Source: the human T2T-CHM13v2.0 reference genome, Homo sapiens. From it: a stretch of DNA of 64,000 nt. This document shows positions 1-12,468 of the stretch, piece after piece (positions within the stretch are counted from its first letter, which is position 1; the number at the start of each line of letters is the position of its first letter). The stretch lies in the NCBI RefSeq assembly GCF_009914755.1, contig NC_060933.1; one strand, given 5' to 3'. The translations under genes were made by a program, and so were the position numbers. Below the pieces are notes generated by a model that saw nothing but the letters and a program-made list of their open reading frames with translations, did not search any database and was not told the DNA's origin.

Positions 1-3000
1 GATTCTTCCATCTCTCATGGTGCATTTCCTCTTGAGGAGCCCTTGATGATTCCTGGAAGCAGAAAGTCTCTACCCATCAAAACCAGAACAATCAGAGGCT
101 TCAGAATTTTTTTTATTTTTGGCTGGAACTGTCTTAGTTTGGGGGGATTGTGTATAGTATAATGAAAGTATTGGCAGCCAGTAGGTTAGATGAAGATGAA
201 GATTGCCTCTGGTGGAACCAAGGGGGATTTGAAAAGGGTTTACCTTTCATTCAGATCTATGAGTTATGTATTCAAGTATTCATTCATTCAACAAATGTTG
301 ATAGGTGGTGTGGTGCAATTAGTTAGTTGTGGAATCAGAAAGACCAGCCTGTCCTTGAATACTTCCCCTGCTCTTCACTGATCCCTGAACTTGAAGCAGA
401 TTCCTTAATTCTCTACTACTTGCTTTCCTCCTTTCAAACACAATGAAAATGCTATCTTATAGCAACTCAAGGGTTAGCAATAATATATGTAAAATACTCT
501 TTCTCTCTTCTCTAATCACGGAGCAATAAGGGTGTGATTCCTGAGTGGCCCAGTCCCCCTGCCTCCTCAGGGAGAAGTATAAAGAAAGGAGGGGAGAAAA
601 GATTTCTGATAGAGGAAAATCTCCAATTCCTGTTTCTGAGACCCCTGAGCTGCCCTTCCTGCAACAATTGCTTTGATGCTATGAGCAATTCTATTCTTGC
701 AATAGATCCCATTTTTACATATTGTGGTTGGAGTTGAGTTTCCATCACTTTCAGCTGAAAGGGTCCTGAGGGTGGCAGCTGAAATCCTCTTTTCTTTGAG
801 GGCATGTGGATTATTTGGTGAAAATAATGAAAGCTGAGGGAGAGAAGGCAGGCTCATCACTACGGGTAAAGCAGGTTGATATTTGTGATTGTCTGCTTTG
901 CCAGCTAGGGAACCCAGTCCTGGGCGTCAAGAAGGACTTATCTTCATTCTCTGCTTCAATAGCTCTCTAAAACCTCTGTGAACATACTTATCTTGCCTTT
1001 AACTGCTCATCTTCTGCAATAGGACTGAGCTCCCTGAGGGCAGGCCTTGTGGCTCTAATGCCTTGAATGTTATAAGCTGTCCAACTCACATGTGTAGAAT
1101 GAATAGTGTGTAAATAAATATACAGAAAATTAAGAATTTCTCAATTGTCACTCATGTGAATGTCTCCTAAATACAGTCTTTCCACTTAATAAATAAAAAG
1201 TTACTAAATAGTACCATTGCCTGAGCCAATTAAAGTTTTGCATATCTTAGAACCTTGCCTCTGCTATTTACTCACCAGTTAAAGCAAATTATTTAAGTTA
1301 TCAATCCCCAGATCTCTAATGTGCACTTTGACAAGTATATATATATTTTTGAAATTCAAATGCTGTATTGAGAAAGATATAATCCATGCAGAGGGCATTA
1401 TGACTAGTGTGCTTCTGGGTTAACTGTTTGGCCAGGAGGGAAATAATATTGCAACTAGTTGAAGATCATCGTTTTGGAGCACCTCCAGACCTTATTACTG
1501 CATGGTCAGACCTGGGGGAAAGAATGAAAATGTATTTCCTTCTACTTTGGTTCAGTTGATAGGCTATTCTCTATTGGAGACAAACTGTGTTTCACACACA
1601 ACCAGCTGGGTGACCACTTAATATCACAGCAAGATGCAATCAGGCAGTGGGTTCCACAGGGTCAGTCTTCTCCCAGTTGATCGATGGGAGCAGTTCATTA
1701 AGGTCAAAATATCAGAAATGTAAATAGTTCTTTCACTGCTTCCCTCCACCACTGTTTTCCCTTTGGGTTATTATCATTTATCACTTCTGGCAAATCAAAA
1801 AGAGAGAGAGAGAGAGGAAAAAAGGAAAAATCAGAAGAATGTTTAGACTGTTGGTGAAAATGCTGCTGCTGAATAAGATGATGTCTCCTCGGAAGTTACC
1901 ACAGCTTGATAGCCATAATCCCTTCTCAGAACCTTTAGAAGGCTTTGTGGCCCTGTCTGAGTGTTCCCAAGTTATTCCGCTGGTGGGTTGCCTGTGTTTT
2001 TTCCATTCCCAATTAATGACTGGATAAGGAAGTAAGAACAGAATAGGGAACAGGGGCTTATTAGGGACCAGTAACGGTTCCCTGTGACAAGACATCTAAC
2101 AGATGAAACACTGTTCCTGTCATCCTTTTCATTTCTGCATTTATGTGGCTGGGTTACCAGGAGATAGGGAGAGAGATCAGTCTAGAAGTCCAGTATGGGG
2201 CACCAAAGCTAGTGAGATTTCCAGTGGGAGGCTGAGTTCAGGCAACAATGTCTGTGAAACTGAGCAATGAAAGAGAGAAAGCTTATTGGACATGCAGTCA
2301 GAAGATAAGAGCCTAGGTCATTTTCTAATTATACGAATATATTTGAGATGCCCATGGACTTTGTGTTAGGCTCTTATTGACCAGACAATTACATGATCAT
2401 GGTGTCATGGTGTTGTTTTTAATTACAGAGATAATTGTCTGAACTATCTGGGAATTTCTACAGATTTTGTGAAATTTTACTTTGGATAGGGATGGGATGC
2501 TTTAAAATAGAGGCTCTTATATTTCAGCAAGAGAATAATAGGTAACAATTGCCTGCAAAGAAGAAAAAAAGCTACCATTTATTGATAGTATATGCCAGGA
2601 GTTTTTCTGGACAAGTCCTACACAGGTAGTAGATGCAATGGAGGGTTATTTACCTCTCCCACTTCCTTCTTTATACATACCTGCCAAGCCAATGGGAGCC
2701 TGAGATGAAGTCAAGGGTTTTGAATGAAGCAATTTGAAAATGAACCCTTCCTTGTCAACTATTACAGAAAGTATTATAATATAACCCAGGGAGGTTGAGC
2801 ACTTGCGACTTAATAAACACAATTAAACCATAAGAAATAAGAACAAATTTAGATAAACAGAAAGAAAATGAATTTTTCATGCATACCACATTTATTATTT
2901 CAGGGGTGTGGCTTATAGTAGGAAAATAATCCATGGAACTCAAAGGTATATTGGAGTTTAGGAGAGATCCCGTTGCAGCCTGGAGGGGAGGAAGCTGTAT

Positions 3001-3197
3001 TGAATATTGCTTTCCTCCCTTGTGTGGCCTACTCTTCCTTAATAGATGCTAAGGTGCCACATATGCCTGATAGACACCAATTGGTCTAAAGCCAGTTCGC
3101 CAAATATAAAATATATCATGCTTTAAACTATTTATAAGGCTTATAACAAATATAATGGAAGAAGTTATTTTAATAACCCTTGAATATTTCTATGGCA

Positions 3198-3606
3198 TTT
3201 TATTATTTTAATTTATTTTTTAAATTGACAGATAAAAATGGCATGTATTTATTGCATACAACATGGGGTTTTGAACTATACATACATTGTGAAATGGTTA
3301 AATCTAGCTAACAAGTGCATTATCTCACATAGTTATTATTTTTTGTGGTGAAAACACTTAACACCCATTCCCTTAGCATTTTTCAAGAATACAATATATT
3401 ATCATTAACAATCACCATGCTGTACAATAGATCCTTTGAACTTATTCCTCCTATGTAACTGTAATTTTGTATTTTTTGACCAACATCTCCCCAGCCCTCT
3501 CCTGCCCATCCCAACTGTCCCAGCTCTGGCAACCATCATTCCATGCTCTGTTTCCATGGGATTAACATTTTTAGATTTTACATGTAAGTGAGATCCCGTG
3601 GTATTT
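3198..3606 (-). mobile_element. L1MA-type 3' UTR fragment
   Basis: T-rich tail followed by typical L1MA 3' end text (accatgctgtacaatagatcctttgaacttattcctcct). Confidence 0.7.
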
Positions 3607-3808
3607 ACAAGGCCCTGTGTTGGACCAAGTCATACATCCCATTTTTTGCATTTATTTCTCATAGAAATCTTGAAGAGTTTGGGGTATGATTGTTTCTAAT
3701 TTATTTAACTTGCCCAAGACCATACTGGTACAAAGTGGCAGAACCCACAGTAGCTCTCAGGTTTGTATTATTTCATGCCCTGTGTTTTTGCCATCAGAGT
3801 ATAGGAAA

Positions 3809-3843
<35 letters not shown>

Positions 3844-4689
3844 TTGTACTTTCAATGCACAGACTTTCAATTCATGCATTTCTAGATTAGTAAATCATTT
3901 TCTGCTTTGAAAGTTATTTGTTTTACCTCTGGACTTTCATAAAAAGAAAATGAGCCAAGAAATTAAAAAGTGAAAGGAAAGAGAAATTTGCTGTGTATTT
4001 CCATTAAGTAATGTAAGCCATTTTAGTTTTTAAGCATTCCTATGAGATAACAAAATCAGCTTGTGTCAGACTTGAGAGGGAAACTGCACACAGGGCTGTC
4101 TTGCTAGTACATGGATAAAAATGTAGTGCTCAAGAGAAGGAAATGCAGCCTTGCCAAGGGAAAAACGATGACTCATGATTCAGACAGTTGCTTACAAAAA
4201 CCTTTGGAGAAAATATTCTCCGTAGAGTCTGGCAAAGGAGCAAATGGGAATTTCCTGCTATTCTCTTTAGAAAAAGGAAGAGAGAGAGAGTTCCCTTCTG
4301 CATGGGGATGGAAGGAGACCAACTGCTTGAGTGAGGACAGCAGTCCTTTCTGCAAAAGATCCCCACAGGCCACTGGACGTTAGTGCACCCACTTGGAGCA
4401 AAACCAGGAGTTGTGCTGTGCATGAGCTGCCGGGCAGTAGAGCTTCTTGTTCCTTCTCTAAATTGCAATATTTGTGCTATGTAGTTGGGTAAAAATAGCA
4501 TTTTGGGTGGTAGTAGATGATTACAGGTAGTTAAGAGTATAGTCCCTGGTTCCAAATATGTCTCTGTTCTTTACCTACTGTGGATTTGGTCAAGTTACTT
4601 AACCTTACTGAGCCTCAGTTTTCTTATGTATAAAAAGGAGAGAACAATACTTACCTCATAGATGTTCTCTGGATGATTAAATAAGATGG

Positions 4690-4697
4690 TCTGTCTG

Positions 4698-4743
<46 letters not shown>

Positions 4744-4802
4744 CATCCATCCATCCATCTCTCTAACTATCATCTATCGAGCTAGCTAGCTAGCTAGCTA
4801 GT
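4690..4802. repeat. Compound tetranucleotide STR (TCTG)(TCTA)n(TCCA)n followed by (AGCT)n
   Basis: Seen directly in the sequence. Confidence 0.95.
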
Positions 4803-4914
4803 TCATCCTCAGCAGATCCCTTGCAGAAAGTAAGTCCTTAAGAAATGTAGCTGTTATTGTTGTGTTTGCATTGTACTATCATTGCAAATATTTCCATTAT
4901 GAAGACACAAGTTA

Positions 4915-5525
4915 AAAATAGTTGCCTTGATGATTTCTCATGAAATTAAATATGGAATTACTGCATGATTCAGCAATTTTATATCTGGGTATATAGCCCA
5001 AGAAGTAAAAGCTGGGACATGAATAGATATTTGTATACCCATATTCATAGCAGCATTATTCACAATAGCCAAAAAAAGGAAGCACACTAAGTATGCATCA
5101 ATGGACCAATGAATAAACTAAATGTGGTACACACACACAAACACACACAGCCTTAAAACAGAAAGAAATTCAGAAACATGCAACAACATAGATGAAACCT
5201 GAAGACATTATATTATACTAAGAAGAATAAGCCAGTCACGAAAGGACAAAGTTTATATAATTAGTCATATGAGGTACCAAGAGTAGTCAAATTCATAGAG
5301 ACAGAAAGTAGAATGGTGGTTACCAGGGGCTTGGAGAAGGACAAATGAAGAGTTGGTGTTTAATGGCTTCAGAGTTGCAAATGAAAAAGATGAAAGAGTT
5401 CTGGAGATGAATAGTGGTGATGGTTGCACGACAATATGAATGTACTTAATGTTACAGAACTTAAAATGTAACTTAAAAAAGGTTTAAATGCTACATTTTA
5501 TGTATATTTTGCCACAATATGAAAA
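4915..5525 (+). mobile_element. Old L1 (L1MB-like) 3' end
   Basis: cagcattattcacaatagccaaa ... atagagacagaaagtagaatggtggttaccagggg motifs. Confidence 0.75.
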
Positions 5526-5889
5526 TGGGAAAAATCATTTCCTTAAGCACTGGAATTTGTAATATGTAACTTGTATTGCACTTGGTGCAGATATGCAATG
5601 TGTGAAGTGCTCTTGGCTTTTCCCCCCATAGTTTTAGCACGCAGGGATCGTGATCCACTTCTTGGACTATCATTTAAAATATGGAGTATTGCAAATGTGC
5701 CATAAGTAAAAACTTTTAACAATCTAACCTCTAACTGACAATGAACTTAGACTGTAAGATAATTTTTTATTTCTAAGAGCCTGTTGATTTAATCTCATCT
5801 TGGAGTCTTATAAAAGAGATCTTAAGACATCAAACAATGTATGTTGAGTTTAACAAGGGAACACAACAAGATGCTTTGGCTCCATTTTA

Positions 5890-7230
5890 TTTATTTTTCA
5901 GTAAATTTATACTTTTTTATTTTTCGAGAGGTTTCAGTGAAGTACAATGACATGTAATAAACTGTACATATTTAAAGTGGACACTGTGATAAGTTTTAAC
6001 ATGTATATACACCCCTGAAACCATCAACACAGTCAAGATAGTGAAAATGTCCTTGCGCTCTCAAAAGTTTCTTTGTGTTGCTTTGTAATCTCTCCCTCCA
6101 TCTCACTCCTCAGTACTACTGCCCCCACCCCCAGGTAACCACTAATCTGCTTTCTGTCATTATAGATTAATTTTCCTTTCTAGAGTTTTATAGAAATAGG
6201 CCAATACAAAATTTATTCCTTTTTGGTCTCTTTTCTTTTCTTTTTTTTTTTGAGATGGAGTCTCGCCCTGTCACCCAGGCTGGAGTGCATTGGTACAATC
6301 TCCGCTCACTACAACCTCCGCCTCCTGGGTTCAAGTGACTCTCCCGCCTTGGCCTCCCGAATAGCTCGGATTACAGGCAATCGCTATCCTGCCCTCTAAT
6401 TTTTGTATTTTTACAGAGATGGGGTTTCACCATGTTGTCCAGGCTGGTCTTGAACTCCTGACCTCAGGGGATCTGCCTGCCTCAGCCTTCCAAAGTGCTG
6501 GGATTATAGGCATAGCCACTGTGCCTGGCCCTTTTGTATTCAGCATAATTTTTTTGGAGATTCATCCATGTTATTGTGTGTATCAATGATTCATTCCTTT
6601 TTATTGTTGAATAATATTCCATTGTATGGATATACTACAATTTCTTTAATCATCCATTTGTGATGGACAAACAAAGCTCCCACAAACATTCATATACAAG
6701 TCTGTGTATATGAATGTTTATACACAGAAAAGAATCCTTTCTTTTCTCTTGGATAAGTACTAGGGAGTCGACTGGTTGGATCATGTGGTAGGTATATGAT
6801 TACCTTTTTTAAAAACTGCAAAAATGGTTTTCCAAAGTCATTGGACCACTTTTTGAAAGTTCTAGTTGCTCCACATCTTTGCCAATCCTTGATATGGTGA
6901 GTCCTTTTAACTTCAGCCATTCTAATAAGTATGTAGCAATGTCTTATTGTTGTTTAATTTGCATTACATTAAAGGTTAACGTTATTGGTCCTTTCCTGTC
7001 TTGTTTGCCATCTCTGTACCTTCTTTCCTGAAATATGTGTTGAAATCTTCTGTTTGTCTTTTAGTGGGTTATTTGCTTTCTTATCACTGAATCTTGAGAA
7101 TTCTTTACATATCAATACAACTTCTTTATCAGAGAGGTGACTTGCAAATATATTCTCTCAGTCTGTGACCTGTCTTTTAATCCTCTTAAGAGAGTCCTTT
7201 GAAGTGGGCTCCATTTTTTTAAAAATTCGT
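5890..7230 (-). mobile_element. Old L1M 3' region, interrupted by an Alu
   Basis: L1M 3' motifs on both sides of the Alu (ataatattccattgtatggatatac). Confidence 0.7.
6242..6530 (-). mobile_element. Alu (S-like)
   Basis: Poly-T followed by gagatggagtctcgccctgtcacccaggctggagtgc ... caaagtgctgggatta. Confidence 0.95.
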
Positions 7231-10200
7231 AGGCTAATTGTTGGGGGATATAATTTGAATAATGCGTTATAGGTTTTCTAGGAACACCCTCTACATGAAT
7301 GTCAAAACAGAATAATAACTGAAACATAATTGTCTGATTTGGTGATAACTATGATGTGAACATGTTTTTGGAGTACTCTCCATCAGGTCAATTAACGAGT
7401 TAAATGGTTAAATGGATCCTACTAAATTAGGAGAGTATAATTTTGTGCTGGCACTACTAGTCCAATTTTTGAGTTTGTCTTAAACTATCCTAGTAAATTT
7501 TAGGCAATTAAACTAATGTTTAAAAAGCAACAATTAATGTTGAGAACAAAAGGACTCATAAAACAGTTCATTTTTTAGGCTCAGCAAGCACCAGTGCAAT
7601 GTGTTTAGAGAAAATGTCTGCAGTCAACAAGGTATGGCTCTGGGTGACATTCATCTTCTGACTCTATTACCAGATGCTGGCTCTCTCTGTGTTTCCCACA
7701 GCCAAACCCGTCAAGAAGAAATCCATGTTGATGAGGGCCCCCACAGTCTGTGCTTGGCAGACCTCTCATGCATCAGAAATAGAGCTTGGCCAAGAGGGCT
7801 GGTGAACTTTGCTCAGAAAGGACAGAAGCTATGGCAGGTCCCCATGATGGAAAGGGCTCCCCTGGGACCAAATCATTTCACATTCATTATCTGACCTACA
7901 CCACCAACAATCCTTGAGAAAGATTTTACCATGTTAATATACTAATTTGCTATTTGCATGTCTTCTTTGATGAAGCATCTGTTCCAATATATTATCCATT
8001 TTTATTATTTTATTTATTATGTATTTTATTGTTTTATTAGTGGTTTTGTTATTATTGAGTTTTCAGAGATTTTAAAAAGTATATTCTGGAGATGAGTCTT
8101 CTATCAGATATGTGATTTGCAAATACTTTCTCCCAGTCTGTGGCATGTTCTTTTCATTTTCTTAAGAGTATTTTATGAATAAGTTCCTGATCAGATGTTA
8201 TCTGAATACTTGAACGTGTTTAATGCCACCTAAAATGCCTAAATAACACCTTTGTTGACTGCAAAAAAGACTATACAAATGTGTGCTGATATTGCCCTGC
8301 ATCTGCATGTTCATATATTTAAGCAAAATTCATATATTTGTATGTAACCCAGATGTTCACCAGTGCCTTCTTACTGTTCAAGAGCTAGATAAGACAGTTC
8401 CATCTCCTAATCCAGCTTTGTGGATTCCTAAGGTGTGATATGGGAAGGGGGAAGGTGGCTGTGTTGTCATTGTTTTGCCTCCTGTTTCTTCTAATTTGGT
8501 TCATCTATGAAGATCTGGCCACCCCATGTTTGTTCAAACATGAGACCGGGCACTTTCTATGATTTGTACACAGAGGTTTTACGCAGAGGACTTTTTGTGG
8601 TAGCCATTTTTATTGAAGTTTTGGAGATGATGTCGGACAGAGTTTCAATACATCAGCGCACACAATTTCATGCTGCACATGAGCTACGCTGTTTGGAAAA
8701 TTCTTTTTTCATTCCCACCAGCAAAATTTTCATTGTCTGACTTGTTCCACGTAGTGTCACAGTTCCAGAGCTTTGGGGGATTTCTGTCTGTCTCCTTTCT
8801 CCTTAAAAGCTGACACACAAAACATGCTATTGATATTTTACTGTCTTTTCCGTTGCCACACCCATAACCTCAAAATCTCACTAGATATTGAGTGAAGCCT
8901 CATTAGATATTTTTCTACAGACTCATTAGATATTTTTCTAAACAAAGAGTGTTTTCCTTAAGACCTTATTCTGGTGCCAGCCAAAGTAATATTATTATTT
9001 TACTTTATTCCTCATGCCTAGTCATCGGTTCAGCACATGCAAATGTGCACCTTTGGGCTAGTTGCCTTCATTTTTATTGGAATTAATTTTAATTGTTACT
9101 TATCTTCTACTGGTTATGGACTTATTTTTGGCATTCTGGATGGGTTGACATGCTAAGCTGTGATACAGTATTTCTAATTCTGCAGAAGTGGCCTCTCTCC
9201 TGTCATTCTTGCCCCAACACGGAGGTAGAGCAGGTCTTTTCAAGAACTTGCCAGTTTCTGGGCCAGTTTAGCAGTTCAGCTCAGAGAAAGCAGTGGACAA
9301 TAGGGGCCCATTGCTGAGAGAGATTTCTTTAGTTTCCTCTTGGCTGCTCTAGACACTGCCTGGACTCCGCATTGCTACTTGCTGATCTTGTCCTTGACTC
9401 CAGGAAAAAGAGGAGTTCGGCTACAGAAGGGCTTTTGGCAGAGCAGGGGTGGAGAGCTGGGGGAAGGATGAAGCTTGAGGGGGGCTTGACTGGTTTGAGT
9501 CAATGGCAGCAGGCCCCCCATGATGACATTTCTTGTTTGCATAGCCCGTGTGTGTGTTATCCACTTTGAACTGGAAGGGGGAGCCCTGAGTTCATTGTCT
9601 ACACAATAGTAGCTTCTCTGGAACTCTTAATGAACAGATTACTTCTCCTGAAAGCTGCTTCTTTTAAAAGGAATTCAGATTTCTTTACTGCTCTAGGAAA
9701 AAATGCCTAGATACAAATAAAGACTTTTATGATGCTTCTCTTTGAACTTCTTTTTAAAATCTCCAATCACTAGAGACTGAATGAAATCATTATGTGACCA
9801 TGGGCAGTTACTAAATTTCTTTGAGATTTAGTTTCCTCTCCTGTAAAATGGCAATAATGTACTTGTGCCTACCTGAGGGGTGCTTGTGGAGAAGATTAAA
9901 TCCGATTATCTATGTGGGATCTCAGCACAGTGCCTATTTCATTAGAATTTCTCAGTAAACAGCAACTGCTAATGGCAGTAATAGCCACTATAACCCAAGT
10001 TCCCGAGTTTTGGTACAAAGACAAAAACCTAACCAGTCAGTCCATGCTGACCAGGTGCCCAAAGAGCTCCTAGAAAAGCTTGATTTTTTCCCGGTGTAAG
10101 CCCTGGGAAAAATTAATGCCCTCTCTATCCCACCTAAACTTCCCTTTCTCCTATGTTTCCTGGCTTTTTGCTTGGTTTGAAACTGGACTTAAACTGCTGC

Positions 10201-10985
10201 ACCTCTTTCATTTGGCTTTAGGAACTATGTGGCGTCCGCAATGCAGAGCAACAGAAAACTGGACAGGACATTCCTGGAATTCTGTATGAACAAGGCAGTG
10301 GGGACTGGAAGCAGGCTTAGTTTTTTGAAAAACTAGGGAGAAAACTAACCAGATGGCTAGGGTATAAAAAGGTTCTTCTTCCTCTGATGCCTGTGCCATG
10401 CCAGCAGACAGGGACCCACAGCTCCCCTAAGATACCCACACATCTTGGCTGTCCCATGATGAGCAGAATAAAGAGATTGCTGCTTAATAGTGTCATGGAA
10501 GTAAATGGGACTTCTCACCCTTAAGCTTGCAGGGATGGTGGGGGGCACATAATTATTTAAAAATCTTTCGAGGAGCAAGTATCCCCCAAATAACGTGGGA
10601 AGGTTAGGGAGAACACAAAAGCTGACATATTCCTCTGGCTATTCCTGATGGCCAGCTCAATTCTAACTTTATGATGAGAGAATCTGGAGCACACAGTAGG
10701 AGGAATGGGAACCCCAGGTTTAGTTCCAGACCCTCCAGCTTTCCTTTTCTCTTTTAATCCCACAGCAGTTCATGCCATATTTATTCCCCCATAAGGTTCA
10801 GGTCCCCTTATTGTCTCTTACCTTATATATTCCACATGGCTTTCTTGAATTTTAAATTCCTTAAAGGCAGGGGCCAGAAAGTATACTACTTTGCAGGTAT
10901 ATTTTAAAAAGAACAACTAATAGGTACTTGGCAATTTTATAATATGGATGGTTATATAAATCAAATCGAAATTAAAACTGCCATG

Positions 10986-11070
10986 TTGACTTTTGCACCA
11001 AAAATAATTTATTTTCCAAAATAAAATTTAAATAAATAAAAATAACTCATAATTTAATAAAAATTTCAAA
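10986..11070 (-). terminator. IFNB1 3' UTR AU-rich element (TTATTTATT at 11031-11039) and AATAAA poly(A) signal (11008-11013); cleavage ~10986
   Basis: Plus-strand aataaataa and tttatt downstream of the stop codon; matches the known IFNB1 mRNA end GGTGCAAAAGTCAA. Confidence 0.88.
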
Positions 11071-11187
11071 ATCTTCTAGTGTCCTTTCATATGCAGTACA
11101 TTAGCCATCAGTCACTTAAACAGCATCTGCTGGTTGAAGAATGCTTGAAGCAATTGTCCAGTCCCAGAGGCACAGGCTAGGAGATCT

Positions 11188-11751
11188 TCAGTTTCGGAGG
11201 TAACCTGTAAGTCTGTTAATGAAGTAAAAGTTCCTTAGGATTTCCACTCTGACTATGGTCCAGGCACAGTGACTGTACTCCTTGGCCTTCAGGTAATGCA
11301 GAATCCTCCCATAATATCTTTTCAGGTGCAGACTGCTCATGAGTTTTCCCCTGGTGAAATCTTCTTTCTCCAGTTTTTCTTCCAGGACTGTCTTCAGATG
11401 GTTTATCTGATGATAGACATTAGCCAGGAGGTTCTCAACAATAGTCTCATTCCAGCCAGTGCTAGATGAATCTTGTCTGAAAATAGCAAAGATGTTCTGG
11501 AGCATCTCATAGATGGTCAATGCGGCGTCCTCCTTCTGGAACTGCTGCAGCTGCTTAATCTCCTCAGGGATGTCAAAGTTCATCCTGTCCTTGAGGCAGT
11601 ATTCAAGCCTCCCATTCAATTGCCACAGGAGCTTCTGACACTGAAAATTGCTGCTTCTTTGTAGGAATCCAAGCAAGTTGTAGCTCATGGAAAGAGCTGT
11701 AGTGGAGAAGCACAACAGGAGAGCAATTTGGAGGAGACACTTGTTGGTCAT
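11188..11751 (-). CDS. IFNB1: Interferon beta-1 precursor (187 aa, intronless)
   Basis: ORF MTNKCLLQIALLLCFSTTALS|MSYNLLGFLQRSSNFQCQKLL...EYSHCAWTIVRVEILRNFYFINRLTGYLRN is the human IFN-beta sequence: 21-aa signal peptide, N-glycosylation site NET, CAW motif. Confidence 0.99.
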   Translation of the reverse strand: MTNKCLLQIALLLCFSTTALSMSYNLLGFLQRSSNFQCQKLLWQLNGRLEYCLKDRMNFDIPEEIKQLQQFQKEDAALTIYEMLQNIFAIFRQDSSSTGWNETIVENLLANVYHQINHLKTVLEEKLEKEDFTRGKLMSSLHLKRYYGRILHYLKAKEYSHCAWTIVRVEILRNFYFINRLTGYLRN

Positions 11752-11825
11752 GTTGACAACACGAACAGTGTCGCCTACTACCTGTTGTGCCAGAGCAAAG
11801 GCTTCGAAAGGTTGCAGTTAGAATG

Positions 11826-11855
11826 TCCTTTCTCCATGGGTATGGCCTATTTATA
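11826..11855 (-). promoter_or_regulatory. IFNB1 TATA box (TATAAATA, 11848-11855) and transcription start (~11826, ACATTCTAAC...)
   Basis: tatttata on the plus strand, 22-29 bp upstream of the known 5' UTR start ACATTCTAACTGCAACC. Confidence 0.92.
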
Positions 11856-11876
11856 TGAGATGGTCCTCTCTCTATT

Positions 11877-11928
11877 CAGAGGAATTTCCCACTTTCACTT
11901 CTCCCTTTCAGTTTTCCTATGTCATTTA
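11877..11928 (-). promoter_or_regulatory. IFN-beta enhanceosome: PRDII (NF-kB GGGAAATTCC, 11881-11890), PRDI (11891-11903), PRDIII (11904-11916), PRDIV (ATF-2/c-Jun TGACATAG, 11917-11924)
   Basis: Reverse complement reads TAAATGACATAGGAAAACTGAAAGGGAGAAGTGAAAGTGGGAAATTCCTCTG, the textbook enhanceosome sequence. Confidence 0.98.
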
Positions 11929-12133
11929 CATTTTAGTAGTTTCTAAAACTCTTTATTTAAGCTCCTATCTTATGATATATATAATAGGGAAAAAGATTTA
12001 CAAACTGTGAGGTTTTCTAATGTTTTTTAAAGTTTCAGTGAATGACTAAAGCAAATTGTAAAACAAGACTTGGGAGAAAGCAAAGGAAAGCAAACGACCT
12101 GAGAATTCAAGAACCTCAAAACACTAAAAGATA

Positions 12134-12468
12134 CAGTTGGTCCTTCCTATCCATAGGTTCTGTATCCGTGGATTCTACTGACTGTAGATGGAAAATATTT
12201 TTTAAAAATACAATAAAAATAATAATACAACAACAAAAAATAATGTAAATTTTAAAGATACAGTGTTACAGCTATTTAGCATTTATATTGTATCAGGTAT
12301 TATAAGTAATCTAGGGATGATTTAAAATATACAGAAATACATGTGCAGATTATATGCAAATACTGCAACGTTTTATAAGAGGGAATTGAGCATCCTCTGA
12401 TTTTGGTATCTGTGGAGGCAGCGGGATGGTGGTCCTAGAACCAATCTTCTTTGGATACTGAAAGACTG
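12134..12468 (-). mobile_element. MER2 (Tigger-derived DNA transposon) just upstream of the IFNB1 promoter
   Basis: cagttggtccttcctatccataggttctgtatccgtggattc ... ggtcctagaaccaatc...ggatactg; MER2-like internal text. Confidence 0.75.

Noticed and set aside
9093-9317. ORF with faint IFN-like words (LSCD..., SRTCQFLGQF)
   Set aside because: Spacing does not fit type I IFNs and no downstream helices are recognisable.
10271-10279. GAS motif TTCCTGGAA (also at 50-58)
   Set aside because: Isolated 9-mers with no supporting motif cluster.
11269-11664. Plus-strand ORFs overlapping IFNB1
   Set aside because: Short antisense frames of the IFNB1 CDS without independent support.
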